Part shown: positions 55,160-64,000 of the stretch, in pieces
How positions within the stretch are numbered: the first letter of the stretch is position 1
Layout: each line of letters begins with the position of its first letter
Assembly: GCA_964443495.1 (NCBI GenBank)
Contig: CAYUCS010000001.1
Span: forward strand, 680,468 to 744,467
Origin: an uncultured Gammaproteobacteria bacterium
Lineage (GTDB): Bacteria; Patescibacteriota; Patescibacteriia; Patescibacteriales; GWE2-39-37
DNA length: 64,000 nt
Direction of reading: 5' to 3'
Notes under the pieces: model-generated
What the model saw: the letters and a program-made list of their open reading frames with translations, nothing else
Databases searched by the model: none
What the model was told of the DNA's origin: nothing
Position numbers and translations under genes: made by a program

Positions 55160-55160
55160 T

Positions 55161-55862
55161 ATGCCGAAGATCAGCGTCATCATGCCGGTCTACAACGGCG
55201 AAAAATATTTGAAACAAGCCATCGACAGCATCCTGGGCCAGACTTTGGCCGATTTCGAATTCATCATCATTAATGACGGTTCGACCGACGGCACTGGCGA
55301 GATACTGCGCAGCTACAGCGACCAGCGCATCACTGTTATCAATCAAGCCAACCAAGGCGTCACCAAGTCGCTAAACAACGGTCTGGCACGAGCCCAGGGT
55401 GATTACATCGCCCGAATGGATGCCGATGACGTGGCCAAGCCGCAGCGCCTCGCCGCCCAAGCAACCTTTCTCGACAACCATCCGGAAATCGCCTTGTGCG
55501 GTTCCTGGGCCAAGGCCATCGACAAGGACGGCCGAGAAATCGGCGACTTCAACTACCCTCCGCTCACGCACGCCAAGATAAGGCGCTACTACTTCTGGCA
55601 CAATCCCTTCATCCACTCAAGCGTCATGTTCAGGAAAACAGCGATCGAATCCTGCGGCCGCTACGACGAGACGGTCAAGCGCGCCCAGGACTACGAGCTG
55701 TGGGGGCGATTCATCAGCAAATTCCAAACCGCCAACCTGCCCGAGCAGCTGCTGCTTTACCGTGTCCTCAAAGAAGGCGTCACCAAATCAAAAAACCTAT
55801 CCATGCGCTGGATAGGCCTGAAGATACGATTGAATTACCTGAAAAAACTCCTCACCGATTAG
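55161..55862 (+). CDS. Family 2 glycosyltransferase
   Basis: ISVIMPVYNGEKYL ... IIINDGSTDGT ... ARMDADD (DxD). Confidence 0.88.
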   Translation: MPKISVIMPVYNGEKYLKQAIDSILGQTLADFEFIIINDGSTDGTGEILRSYSDQRITVINQANQGVTKSLNNGLARAQGDYIARMDADDVAKPQRLAAQATFLDNHPEIALCGSWAKAIDKDGREIGDFNYPPLTHAKIRRYYFWHNPFIHSSVMFRKTAIESCGRYDETVKRAQDYELWGRFISKFQTANLPEQLLLYRVLKEGVTKSKNLSMRWIGLKIRLNYLKKLLTD

Positions 55863-57673
55863 CCCAGGGCGAACTCATGCTGCTCGAGCCACATGCTCAA
55901 ATTCAACAAAATCCAAGCCTGATACGAATTCTGCCGCACGAACCTGCGGCTTTTTTCAAAATCGACCAACTGGAAAATCTTGCGCGTCGGATCGTCAAGA
56001 TAAAATTCTTTCAACTCGACAACCTTCTCATCCTCCAACCATTTAGCCACCGGTGCGCCGAAGCCCTGTTTTTTACGCGTCCGGATCGCTTCCGGCCACT
56101 CTTGCCTGAACGCCTCGCGCAGAATCAGTTTGTCCTCACGGGCGGTAACCTTGAGGCTCGCGGGCAGCGAGATGCAGAAGGAAGCGAAATCGACATCCAA
56201 AAATGGAGCGCGCAGCTCCAGCCCGTTGGCCATAGCCGCCCGATCGATCTTGACCAGGATATCGCCCGGCATGTAGTCAGCGATATCAATGCGCATGGCA
56301 TCGTTCAAAGTATTGTTAGCCAAGCCATCGGGCAACAAAGACTGGGCAGCCTGCGGCGCGGTGCCAAGCAATCCGGCAATATCGGAGTCGCTGAAAAAAG
56401 AATTCTGGGCAAGATGGGCCGACTCGATATCGTTGAAGCGCTTGGCGTAATCCAGGCCGAGATGGCTGTAGTACAGATTCCTTACGGTCATCGTCGGGAC
56501 CGACTGGAGCAAATATCTGAACAAGCCCGTGCCCTGCTGCCGCAAAGACATATTGAACAGCGGACGATACCAATTCCAATAGCCGCCGCACAGTTCGTCG
56601 CCGCCGTCGCCGGTCAGGACGACTTTGACATGCTCCCTGGATAATTTTGAAATGATATATGTCGGGATATTCGAAGAATCAGCGAACGGTTCGTCATAGA
56701 CGGCTTGCATCTCGCGGAGCATCTCGGCCAGGTCGTAATCGCCAGCCTGCAATTCGAGATGCTCGGTGCCGTACTTCTTGGCAGCTTGGCTGGCAAACGG
56801 CAGCTCGTTGATCGAATCGCCGAAGCCGAACGAAAAAGTCTTGATCTTCTTGGCGTGGCGGCTGGCCAGTGCCACGATCGTGGTCGAGTCGAGGCCGCCA
56901 GACAGGAAAGCGCCGACCGGCACGTCAGCCACAAGCTGCTTGGCCACGGCACGATCGAGCAGGTGGCGGAATTTCTCCGTCGCCTCAGGCAGACCGATTT
57001 GCTCCTCTTTAGGCTGCTGCCAATACTGCCGGATTTTCAGCCCGGTCGCATCAAACGACAAACTATGCGCCGGCGGCAAAGTGAATATATTTTTGTAGAT
57101 GGTCTTGTCCGGCCGGACGTACAATCGCTTGAGATAATGGGCCACTGATTCGCGGTCAAGGACAGGCTCGACCAGTCCGGTCGCCAAAATGGCTTTGATT
57201 TCCGAGGCGAAGACCAACTCGCCCTGCCGGCCGAAGGCGTAATAGAACGGCTTTTCGCCGAAACGATCGCGGGCGCAGAACAGGCGCTGCTGCTCGTCGT
57301 CCCACAAAGCGAAGGCAAACATGCCAGGCAGCTTGTCCATCATGTCCGGGCCATGCTTGTGGTACAGGGCGATAATCACCTCAGTGTCGGAGCTGGTCTG
57401 AAAGGGATATCCAGCTAAACCATCCCTGATTTCCTTGTAGCCGTAAATCTCACCGTTGAACGACAGGCCGATTTTTTGGTCGGCCGTCAGCATCGGCTGG
57501 GCACCGGAACTCAGATCGACGATGCTCAGGCGGGCATGCCCTAAAGCGCAGCGACCGAACGCAAAAACGCCATCGGCGTCCGGGCCGCGATGCTTGAGCG
57601 CTTTGACCGCGCGAGCCAATTCAGGCTCGAACTGGCCGATGTTCGGTGAGACGATTCCAGCGATGCCGCACAT
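55859..57673 (-). CDS. asnB: Asparagine synthase (glutamine-hydrolysing) family amidotransferase
   Basis: N-terminal MCGIAG nucleophile and PP-loop FLSGGLDST; 604 aa. Confidence 0.92.
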   Translation of the reverse strand: MCGIAGIVSPNIGQFEPELARAVKALKHRGPDADGVFAFGRCALGHARLSIVDLSSGAQPMLTADQKIGLSFNGEIYGYKEIRDGLAGYPFQTSSDTEVIIALYHKHGPDMMDKLPGMFAFALWDDEQQRLFCARDRFGEKPFYYAFGRQGELVFASEIKAILATGLVEPVLDRESVAHYLKRLYVRPDKTIYKNIFTLPPAHSLSFDATGLKIRQYWQQPKEEQIGLPEATEKFRHLLDRAVAKQLVADVPVGAFLSGGLDSTTIVALASRHAKKIKTFSFGFGDSINELPFASQAAKKYGTEHLELQAGDYDLAEMLREMQAVYDEPFADSSNIPTYIISKLSREHVKVVLTGDGGDELCGGYWNWYRPLFNMSLRQQGTGLFRYLLQSVPTMTVRNLYYSHLGLDYAKRFNDIESAHLAQNSFFSDSDIAGLLGTAPQAAQSLLPDGLANNTLNDAMRIDIADYMPGDILVKIDRAAMANGLELRAPFLDVDFASFCISLPASLKVTAREDKLILREAFRQEWPEAIRTRKKQGFGAPVAKWLEDEKVVELKEFYLDDPTRKIFQLVDFEKSRRFVRQNSYQAWILLNLSMWLEQHEFALG

Positions 57674-57710
57674 ATATTTATACCCTCTCCCTGGATGGGA
57701 GTATTATTCC

Positions 57711-58685
57711 CTATTTACTCTTCTCGATCTGCTCCTTGATCCAATTATAAGTCTTGGCAATGCCGACGCTCAACGGTTGCGTCGGCTCCCAGCCCAGCTT
57801 CTCGCGCATCAGGTTATTATCAGATTTCCTACCCCTGACGCCGAGAGGGCCGGGGATGTGATTCAACGAAACTTTTTTGCCATCCACTTCCATAGCGATT
57901 TCCGCCAAACGATTGATCGTCACCATCTCTTCCGAACCGATATTCAACGGTCCGGTGAAATCGGAGTCCATGAAACGTCGTACGCCCTCAAGGCATTCAT
58001 CGATATACAGAAATGATCTGGTCTGAAGGCCGTCGCCCCAGATCTCGATCTCACCACCCTCAGGAGCGGAAGCGACCTTGCGACAAATAGCCGCCGGGGA
58101 CTTTTCCTTACCATTGTTCCAAGCGCCCTCCGGACCGAAAATGTTGTGGAATCTCGCTACCCGGACATTGAGTCCATAGTTACGCTGATATGACAAAAAC
58201 AGACGCTCGCTAAATAGCTTCTCCCAACCGTATTCGCTATCCGGCGCCGCTGGGTAGGCCGACTCCTCGGAACATTTAGGATTGTCAGGGTCGAGTTGAT
58301 TATACTCAGGATAAACACAGGCGGAAGAAGAATAAAAAATCTTCTTGACGCCGTTCTTGTGGGCCAGGTCAACGATATTCAGATTGATGGTCGCCGAGTT
58401 ATGCATCACGTCGGCGTCGTGCTCGCCTGTAAAGATATAGCCGGCACCACCCATGTCGGCAGCCAACTGATAGACCTCGTCGAACGGCTGATCCAAGACC
58501 TGCTTGCAGACCGTTTGGTCGCGCAAATCGCCGACAATGAACTCATCAGCGGAGGTCTCAACGTATTCGGGGTGTTTCAGATCGACACCGCGCACCCAAA
58601 ATCCCTCGCCCTTCAATTTCTTGACCAAGTGGCCGCCGATAAAGCCGCCTGCCCCGCACACCAGGGCCTTCTTTTGCTGTTCCAT
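57711..58685 (-). CDS. NAD-dependent sugar-nucleotide epimerase, GDP-mannose 3,5-epimerase-like
   Basis: GAGGFIGGHL Rossmann motif. SSSACVYPEYNQLD ... YGWEKL ... ARFHNIFGPEGAWNNGKEKSPAAICRK closely parallels GME motifs. Confidence 0.7.
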   Translation of the reverse strand: MEQQKKALVCGAGGFIGGHLVKKLKGEGFWVRGVDLKHPEYVETSADEFIVGDLRDQTVCKQVLDQPFDEVYQLAADMGGAGYIFTGEHDADVMHNSATINLNIVDLAHKNGVKKIFYSSSACVYPEYNQLDPDNPKCSEESAYPAAPDSEYGWEKLFSERLFLSYQRNYGLNVRVARFHNIFGPEGAWNNGKEKSPAAICRKVASAPEGGEIEIWGDGLQTRSFLYIDECLEGVRRFMDSDFTGPLNIGSEEMVTINRLAEIAMEVDGKKVSLNHIPGPLGVRGRKSDNNLMREKLGWEPTQPLSVGIAKTYNWIKEQIEKSK

Positions 58686-58708
58686 ATTGATGAAAAGTAA
58701 TTAACTTA

Positions 58709-59887
58709 TTAAGCTTCGCCGAGCGTATCGGACGTTTCCTTTTTGCCCGAAAGCCGGTCGCGATATGTTATCAATTTATTTCTTAATTTTAACGGCCAAT
58801 CCTTGTCCATGCAAGGCTTCTCCACCAGCACGAAATATACGCCACTGATAATCAGGATCGGCGGCAGCAGAATCAGTGTCTGCATCAGGATATTCAGTTC
58901 ATAGCTCGAAGAGAACTTCCAAAAGACCGTCTTGTTGCCGAACCCGGAAATGATGACCGTATGGAAAAGGTACAAGGTGTAACACATGCCGCCGATAGTG
59001 GTCAGCAGCTTGTGACTGAAGACCTTGCGCCAGACAGCATCATTCAGGGCCAAGTAAATGAAAACGGCCAAGGATGCGATGAAGGCCAGCTTATTGGCCA
59101 ACGGTTCGATATCAATCAGCATAAAAGCCGACAAGGAAGCCAAACCTAGAAGTAGTGATGCCGTCGGCCTGAGCAAAGGCTTCTTTTCAGTGATATACAG
59201 ATCAGCCAGCACGAATCCGATTAGGAAATAAAAAAGGTAATTATACAAGGAAACATACTTGGCCACCGCCAACGAGTTGATGATGGGCAAAATCATGATT
59301 GTCGCAGCCAGGATAGCCCGGCGTTTGAATTTGCTCAAAGAGAAAACGCCGGCCAAGAACGGCGCGATCAAATAGAACTGCACCTCGATTTCCAATGTCC
59401 AGGTAATATTGCCGATTATAGGCTGAGAACTGGCAAATGGAACGAAATTTTGAATATACAGAAGATTCTGAATCAAGCCGTGCCACAAATCATTAACCGG
59501 GTAGACGCCTTTCACCAAGTGAAGGCCGAAAAAAAGTATAAGCGCCAAAAAATACGGCGGCTCAAGACGCGTCAAGCGTCGGTAATAATAACTTTTGAGG
59601 CTGGGCTTTTTGCCTCCAGCCAGAAAATGCTTGGCAAAAGGCATAGCTAAGATGAAACCGCTGATTACGAAAAATAATTCTACGCCCTTGAAGCCATTCT
59701 GAACTAGCCGGTAAAGAAAGCCGTCGTAAGAGAAAATCTGCGGCGTTTTGGCCACGAAGAATATCTGCACATGATAAACGATTACCGCCATCACGGCCAA
59801 AAATCTCAAACCATCGATCTCGGCAATGAAGTTGCCAGTCGAGGTCTCTCTTCTTAACTTGCGATATAGGTACGATTTGAGATTCAT
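58709..59887 (-). CDS. Acyltransferase family 3 (membrane O-acyltransferase)
   Basis: 392 aa with about 10 TM segments. An N-terminal DGLRFLAVMAVIVYH motif. Confidence 0.85.
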   Translation of the reverse strand: MNLKSYLYRKLRRETSTGNFIAEIDGLRFLAVMAVIVYHVQIFFVAKTPQIFSYDGFLYRLVQNGFKGVELFFVISGFILAMPFAKHFLAGGKKPSLKSYYYRRLTRLEPPYFLALILFFGLHLVKGVYPVNDLWHGLIQNLLYIQNFVPFASSQPIIGNITWTLEIEVQFYLIAPFLAGVFSLSKFKRRAILAATIMILPIINSLAVAKYVSLYNYLFYFLIGFVLADLYITEKKPLLRPTASLLLGLASLSAFMLIDIEPLANKLAFIASLAVFIYLALNDAVWRKVFSHKLLTTIGGMCYTLYLFHTVIISGFGNKTVFWKFSSSYELNILMQTLILLPPILIISGVYFVLVEKPCMDKDWPLKLRNKLITYRDRLSGKKETSDTLGEA

Positions 59888-59900
59888 TCGTCGGTTATTG

Positions 59901-60764
59901 TTATAGGCTGGTCCAACCCTCCGGAATAAAGTCGCTGGTAACTTTCAAGCTGTCCAGCCTGAACCACTTCTTGGGGAAGATTACCATCTTGCCCTGGTTG
60001 CGATTGAGCCAAGCGGCCCACCAGCTGAAAGTACTGTTAGCAATGATATTGATTTTGCACAGGCTCATCAGGTGCAAGTCGATGGTTTCGTGAAAGCCGT
60101 TGCCGCTGACAAAAACCTTTTCGCCTTCGAGCTTCAAGCTGGTCTTGGCCCACTCGACATCATCAGTGAAGATGAAGAACACCGGATTGGCGCACTTGGT
60201 TTTTACCAGAGCAACCGCATCATCATAATAGCTCTGCGGCAAAACACCGTAAATCTGATTCGACTTCTTACTGGTAATAAGGTCGTCGCGGCGGATATGT
60301 ATGGACACCGCTTCGCAGGACTTGATCTTGGCTTCGATTTCCGCCGCCAGGCCGGTCAACGGCTCCTTGAGCGTCAGGTCGGACTTGATAGTTTCGGCGC
60401 AATCGCTGAAGTACTTATGGCTATGAAAAAAGCCGGTATAAAATTGCTTCTTACCTTTCATGAGTCCTGAATGGAAGTGATAATGATAGTCATACTGAAT
60501 CCTGGACCTGACCTTCTCGATAAGTCCAACAATGAGCGACGACTTGTAGCTTTTCGCATCGACAGATGCCGCCGGTTGCCCCGCGATGTTGTAGCGGTTC
60601 AGCACGAACTGGCGCGCGATAGCGCCCTTCTCCACCGAATGATGCTCGGCGTACCAAGACAGATCGTATTGCAATTCTTCTTTCCGCTTCAGGGATAAGC
60701 TTCGCCCGAAAGCGTAGATGAACATCTGATTGCCAAGGCCGCCCGTCATTTTCACTGTTACCAT
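59901..60764 (-). CDS. Alpha-1,2-fucosyltransferase (GT11)
   Basis: GGLGNQMFIYAF N-terminal motif, HIRRDD, and STFSWWAAWL, as in the FutC/WbsJ family. Confidence 0.85.
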   Translation of the reverse strand: MVTVKMTGGLGNQMFIYAFGRSLSLKRKEELQYDLSWYAEHHSVEKGAIARQFVLNRYNIAGQPAASVDAKSYKSSLIVGLIEKVRSRIQYDYHYHFHSGLMKGKKQFYTGFFHSHKYFSDCAETIKSDLTLKEPLTGLAAEIEAKIKSCEAVSIHIRRDDLITSKKSNQIYGVLPQSYYDDAVALVKTKCANPVFFIFTDDVEWAKTSLKLEGEKVFVSGNGFHETIDLHLMSLCKINIIANSTFSWWAAWLNRNQGKMVIFPKKWFRLDSLKVTSDFIPEGWTSL

Positions 60765-60774
60765 ATGATTGTAT

Positions 60775-61494
60775 TTATTTCTTTTTCGCTAGCACATGAT
60801 AGTCGAATGTCAGGAATTCTGACGACCCAGTATCGCCCCTTGAAAGCCTGCGCAAACTCATTAGCATCATGAATGACAGCAGATAATCGATAGGCGAGAA
60901 CCACTTCTTGTTGTAACGCTTAGAAATCAGCGGCAGCCTCATTATTTCCTGAGCCAAAAAATCATAGAAATTGCCATCGGGAACCACCTCTACTATCTCG
61001 AATCCGTTTTCCGGCAGATGTTTTTCATAATAATACCGGCTAAACCCCGTACAATAATGGAATGGCGCGAAATGGGTCGCGCTGCAAAATGGAGCCGTAA
61101 TGACCAACGTCCCCCCGCTTTTCAAGAGACGAGAAAACTCTTTGATCGCCAGGACTGGGTCTGGCAGATGCTCGAATACCTCAGTGCACATGATCGCATC
61201 GAATGAACCGTCGGGCTCAGGTATATTTACTATGTCGGACACTATATCCAAATTTTCCTGATCCCACTCCTTGGTGTGGAATGCTACGCCGTCCCCCTTA
61301 CCATTATACTGCCCGAAGTCTTGACTGACGTACTTCAGATGCGAACAAAAACTCTTGAATTGGCGTTCGCCCGCGCCAGCATCGAGAATGCGATTTCCAG
61401 CTGGTATGTTTTTGATGGTTTTTTCAAGCCAGGCTACGCGCGACGGCTCATTGTTCGTGCCAACTTTCACGATTCGCTTAATAAAGCTTTTCAT
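60775..61494 (-). CDS. Class I SAM-dependent methyltransferase
   Basis: Motif I ILDAGAGERQF and later FDAIMCTEVFEHLPDP. Confidence 0.8.
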   Translation of the reverse strand: MKSFIKRIVKVGTNNEPSRVAWLEKTIKNIPAGNRILDAGAGERQFKSFCSHLKYVSQDFGQYNGKGDGVAFHTKEWDQENLDIVSDIVNIPEPDGSFDAIMCTEVFEHLPDPVLAIKEFSRLLKSGGTLVITAPFCSATHFAPFHYCTGFSRYYYEKHLPENGFEIVEVVPDGNFYDFLAQEIMRLPLISKRYNKKWFSPIDYLLSFMMLMSLRRLSRGDTGSSEFLTFDYHVLAKKK

Positions 61495-61499
61495 AAAAT

Positions 61500-62189
61500 T
61501 TATCGGGAATTTTTATATATGGAATTCATGAAGGTGTCTGCAACTTTCTCATAACCGACAGAGTTCATATAATCATCATAAATCGAATTCAACTTCTTGC
61601 CTGACCCGTCACGCTTATACTCCAAACTTTCAAGCACGACATAATTCGGGCGGTATTTATTCCAATCATTGCTTTTCAGAACTTCTAAATCATAGCCCTC
61701 GGTGTCTATGGTCAAAAAATCAATTTCTTGATTTTCAGCCAAATTATCTTCGAGAATCTTCGATAACGGCCTCAGCTCGACTTTAATCACTTCCTTAAGC
61801 TTGTGTCCCATCTTCTTGTACTCTTCAGCAACATCCTTGGAAAAAGTTGACAGTGTGTCTTCTTTAAAGCTGTAGAAATCAGCTTGGCCAGAAGCCTGGG
61901 CAACGCCGAAATTCAAGTTAAGGTCGCCATGCCGGAGCCAGCGGAAAGCTCTGAGTTTCTTAATGTTTGGTTCGACATTGATTCCTCGCCAGCCCTTCTT
62001 ATAAAAACCATAGGTATTATTGTAGTGCCGTGGGTCGTTACTTCCTACATCGACATAGAATCCTTTAGGCTTGTTCATCATGGCGTCAAGAATCAGGTCC
62101 TCGCCGCACTGACTGTAAACCCTTTGCCAACCGAAAATTTTCTTTTCGATAAAGGAAAGGTAGTTTCCGACTTTTAAATACTTGTTCAT
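61500..62189 (-). CDS. FkbM-family methyltransferase (tentative)
   Basis: SQCGEDLIL ... FYVDVGSNDP ... DFLTIDTEGYDLEVL pattern. Confidence 0.6.
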   Translation of the reverse strand: MNKYLKVGNYLSFIEKKIFGWQRVYSQCGEDLILDAMMNKPKGFYVDVGSNDPRHYNNTYGFYKKGWRGINVEPNIKKLRAFRWLRHGDLNLNFGVAQASGQADFYSFKEDTLSTFSKDVAEEYKKMGHKLKEVIKVELRPLSKILEDNLAENQEIDFLTIDTEGYDLEVLKSNDWNKYRPNYVVLESLEYKRDGSGKKLNSIYDDYMNSVGYEKVADTFMNSIYKNSR

Positions 62190-62203
62190 GTTTATGAAAT
62201 TAA

Positions 62204-62926
62204 TTATTTTTTAACAAACCAAAAACAGCCGCAACCGTAATTCTCTTTCGACACCATCTCGGCTGTCGCGTTTTCAATCAGGCCGCCCTCTGCTTCCCTA
62301 ATCAAAGAAAACTCCTTGAGCTCCAAGCTGCCAAGCGCCTCGATCACTTGTTCCATTGAATATATGCGGTGCGCGTTGAACTCAATTTTAGGCTTACCCA
62401 CAGGTACGACAAACAAAAGGCTTCCTCCTGATCTCAAAACTCGCGCCAGCTCTTTCATTGCCTTGAGGTCGCCATCCGGATCTATCGCATCGCCGTAGCG
62501 CCCCATTCCGACATGCTCGACCGTATGCATGCACGATAAGCACCCTATGCTCTCATCCGCAAAGGGCAGCTTGAGCAAATCGGCCTGGCCGCTTGAAAGA
62601 TTGACCAACGAAAGATCGGCCGGCCTATAATCATAAAATTTAACAGGCACAAAAGCCGAAACTATAGCCGGAAAATAAAGCAACGAAGAAATATCAACAT
62701 GGACTTCGGGCTTGATTTCAGCGACCTTGCGCGCCGCCCAGGAGGTGTGATAGATGTAGTGCCTATCAAAGGAGGTTTTCACTGTCTTGTCCCTGAGCTG
62801 GGGGTTAAAATCAAGCAAGGAGATGCTGAACCTTTTCGATTTGTCCGCGCTTATATAGCGCCAATAATCAATAAGCGCCAATGGTGTTAAAACTAACCTG
62901 ATCGTTTTTTTTATTATCCTCTTCAT
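62204..62926 (-). CDS. SAM-dependent methyltransferase, DUF268-like
   Basis: LSCMHTVEHVGMGRYGD ... LRSGGSLLFVVPVG. Confidence 0.6.
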   Translation of the reverse strand: MKRIIKKTIRLVLTPLALIDYWRYISADKSKRFSISLLDFNPQLRDKTVKTSFDRHYIYHTSWAARKVAEIKPEVHVDISSLLYFPAIVSAFVPVKFYDYRPADLSLVNLSSGQADLLKLPFADESIGCLSCMHTVEHVGMGRYGDAIDPDGDLKAMKELARVLRSGGSLLFVVPVGKPKIEFNAHRIYSMEQVIEALGSLELKEFSLIREAEGGLIENATAEMVSKENYGCGCFWFVKK

Positions 62927-63861
62927 TTGTATGAATTTATTTCCGAAAATATTTTTTCAGCGCATATCTTGTCAGTCAGATTGCGCAAGACGTATTGTCT
63001 TGGCGTGAATTCCGCCTTTCCCGAAATTAAAACTCTTAATAACCCCTTGAATTCCGGCAGGCCGACGAAAAACTTGCCGCAGACATCTGTCATGAGCGGA
63101 GCACTTATCCTTGGGTCACTCCAGCGATACTTGCCATGCTCCATATACCCACGAGTCCAAACCAACGTCGGGACATCGCGAACCCAAGCTTCCTGCAACG
63201 CAATTCCCTGACTTTCCGAATGGGATATATATACCATGAATTTGCATTTTTCAAGCAAGTCGTAATAATCCTCCTTGTCGTATTTGCCGTATTCGACCTT
63301 GCGGCAAGAAGCGCCTTGAATAGCAAGTTCTGCCTCAACCTGCCGCACTAACGCTGATTCTTCTGTATTTTTTACGTACAACAGGCAATCGAATTGTGCC
63401 CGCTTTACCGGCGCCGGAGGCACGGCAACTCCAGAAGGACAAATACTGATCTTTCCTGCCAGATTCGGCATCATCGATACATAAAAATCTTTCGTCCATT
63501 GGGACGGAAAAAAAATCTTATCTATCTCATCCGATCCGATTATTCCGCCGGCATCGTCTGGCGCAGTAACCAGATTCGGTCCAGTAAATAGATGCGCAAT
63601 GCTTCTGTTTTTCTTCGCTAAAATCGACCAAGACAAGGCGTCCAAGCTTTCATTCACCCAAACTGAGTCGCCATGAGAAATTTCCGAATCGTGCGGATTA
63701 TACTTGTGCTCTATGCCCAATTCGCGCAAGCCGCGTAAAAAACTTGCGGTAACCGCCTGAGGCCCTCTAGCTTTCTTTAAAAGCCTCCTTAAAAAACTCT
63801 TCAAATTTTCAACTGAAAAGAAGCTCTTCTTAGGGGATTCTGTCAGGATTATCAATGTCAT
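62923..63861 (-). CDS. GT-B fold glycosyltransferase (GT1/GT4-like, tentative)
   Basis: C-terminal SHSESQGIALQEAWVRDVPTLV resembles the E-x7-E region. 4-nt overlap with the downstream gene. Confidence 0.5.
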   Translation of the reverse strand: MTLIILTESPKKSFFSVENLKSFLRRLLKKARGPQAVTASFLRGLRELGIEHKYNPHDSEISHGDSVWVNESLDALSWSILAKKNRSIAHLFTGPNLVTAPDDAGGIIGSDEIDKIFFPSQWTKDFYVSMMPNLAGKISICPSGVAVPPAPVKRAQFDCLLYVKNTEESALVRQVEAELAIQGASCRKVEYGKYDKEDYYDLLEKCKFMVYISHSESQGIALQEAWVRDVPTLVWTRGYMEHGKYRWSDPRISAPLMTDVCGKFFVGLPEFKGLLRVLISGKAEFTPRQYVLRNLTDKICAEKIFSEINSYK

Positions 63862-63866
63862 CTTTT

Positions 63867-64000
63867 TTAAAAAATTTCCGCATCGCCTAAAGGTGGCAAA
63901 GACTTGTCTTTTTCCGAAATTACCAAGGCATTATTAGTCGGCCAGTCGATTCCGATTTCCTGGTCATTCCAAATTATTCCGCGTTCGGCGGCTTTGTCAT
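63867..64000 (-). CDS. rfbC: dTDP-4-dehydrorhamnose 3,5-epimerase, C-terminal 43 codons only (gene runs off window end)
   Basis: The reverse complement reads DKAAERGIIWNDQEIGIDWPTNNALVISEKDKSLPPLGDAEIF*, which matches the RmlC C-terminus (WNDxxxxIxWP...xSxKD). Too short for the ORF track. Confidence 0.7.
   Translation of the reverse strand, partial: DKAAERGIIWNDQEIGIDWPTNNALVISEKDKSLPPLGDAEIF

Noticed and set aside
55496-56644. 382-aa plus-strand ORF
   Set aside because: It overlaps the 3' end of the GT2 gene and runs antisense through asnB. asnB has clear MCGIAG and SGGLDS motifs, whereas this frame is Arg/Pro/Gln-rich and has no SD or promoter.
57674-57710. ccctctccctggatgggag between asnB and the epimerase gene, considered as another copy of the DUF559 flank repeat
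   Set aside because: It shares only the ccctctcc octamer, and the palindrome partner and the gggtgagg extension are absent. It is probably a simple short hairpin.

Overview
The window reads as a co-linear chromosomal segment of a small-genome bacterium, probably Patescibacteria/CPR-like. That placement is inference only, from a compact 226-aa HrcA, a ProRS without the INS editing domain, housekeeping genes without Shine-Dalgarno (SD) sequences, secreted LLQTES-GEAWYV modules and a DUF559 gene with a hairpin-encoded tail.

Layout: from 1 to 53.7 kb almost every gene is on the minus strand.
- a PduL fragment and a PfkB kinase
- a GldG-type ABC-2 transporter operon
- two large secreted proteins and HtrA
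- a heat-shock cluster (hrcA-grpE-hsp20-CYTH-dnaK-two small membrane genes-DUF3467-dnaJ) with one CIRCE operator
- mreBCD-mrdA, proS, secDF, corA and alr
- tRNA-Arg(CCG) and tRNA-Ala(CGC)
- cls, an aminotransferase, secA, hpf and a histidine kinase/receiver pair
- rseP, frr and holB

From 53.8 to 64 kb lies a glycan-biosynthesis cluster: priming sugar transferase, GT2, AsnB, GDP-mannose-3,5-epimerase-like, acyltransferase, GT11 fucosyltransferase, three methyltransferases, a GT-B transferase and partial rfbC.

No CRISPR array, rRNA, transposase, integrase or recognisable defence system was seen.

Observations most worth a second look:
1. A 4-kb island (16.8-20.9 kb) of six stand-alone transcription units. 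Each has a near-consensus sigma70 promoter, a strong GGAGG SD and a U-tract terminator, and all encode uncharacterised proteins. The surrounding operons lack SD sequences.
2. The same signal set marks about six further small orphan genes elsewhere in the window.
3. An AT-rich imperfect-palindrome repeat family has three copies, each abutting a gene start.
4. A DUF559 gene is bracketed by 33-bp inverted repeats (31/33 identical).
5. SecD carries two parvulin PPIase domains inserted in its periplasmic head.
6. A divergent HGDEF / small protein / HD-GYP-like trio is present.
7. Two long perfect hairpins (23 bp and 19 bp stems) sit in intergenic regions.

All functional calls rest on motif recognition by eye; no database search was run.
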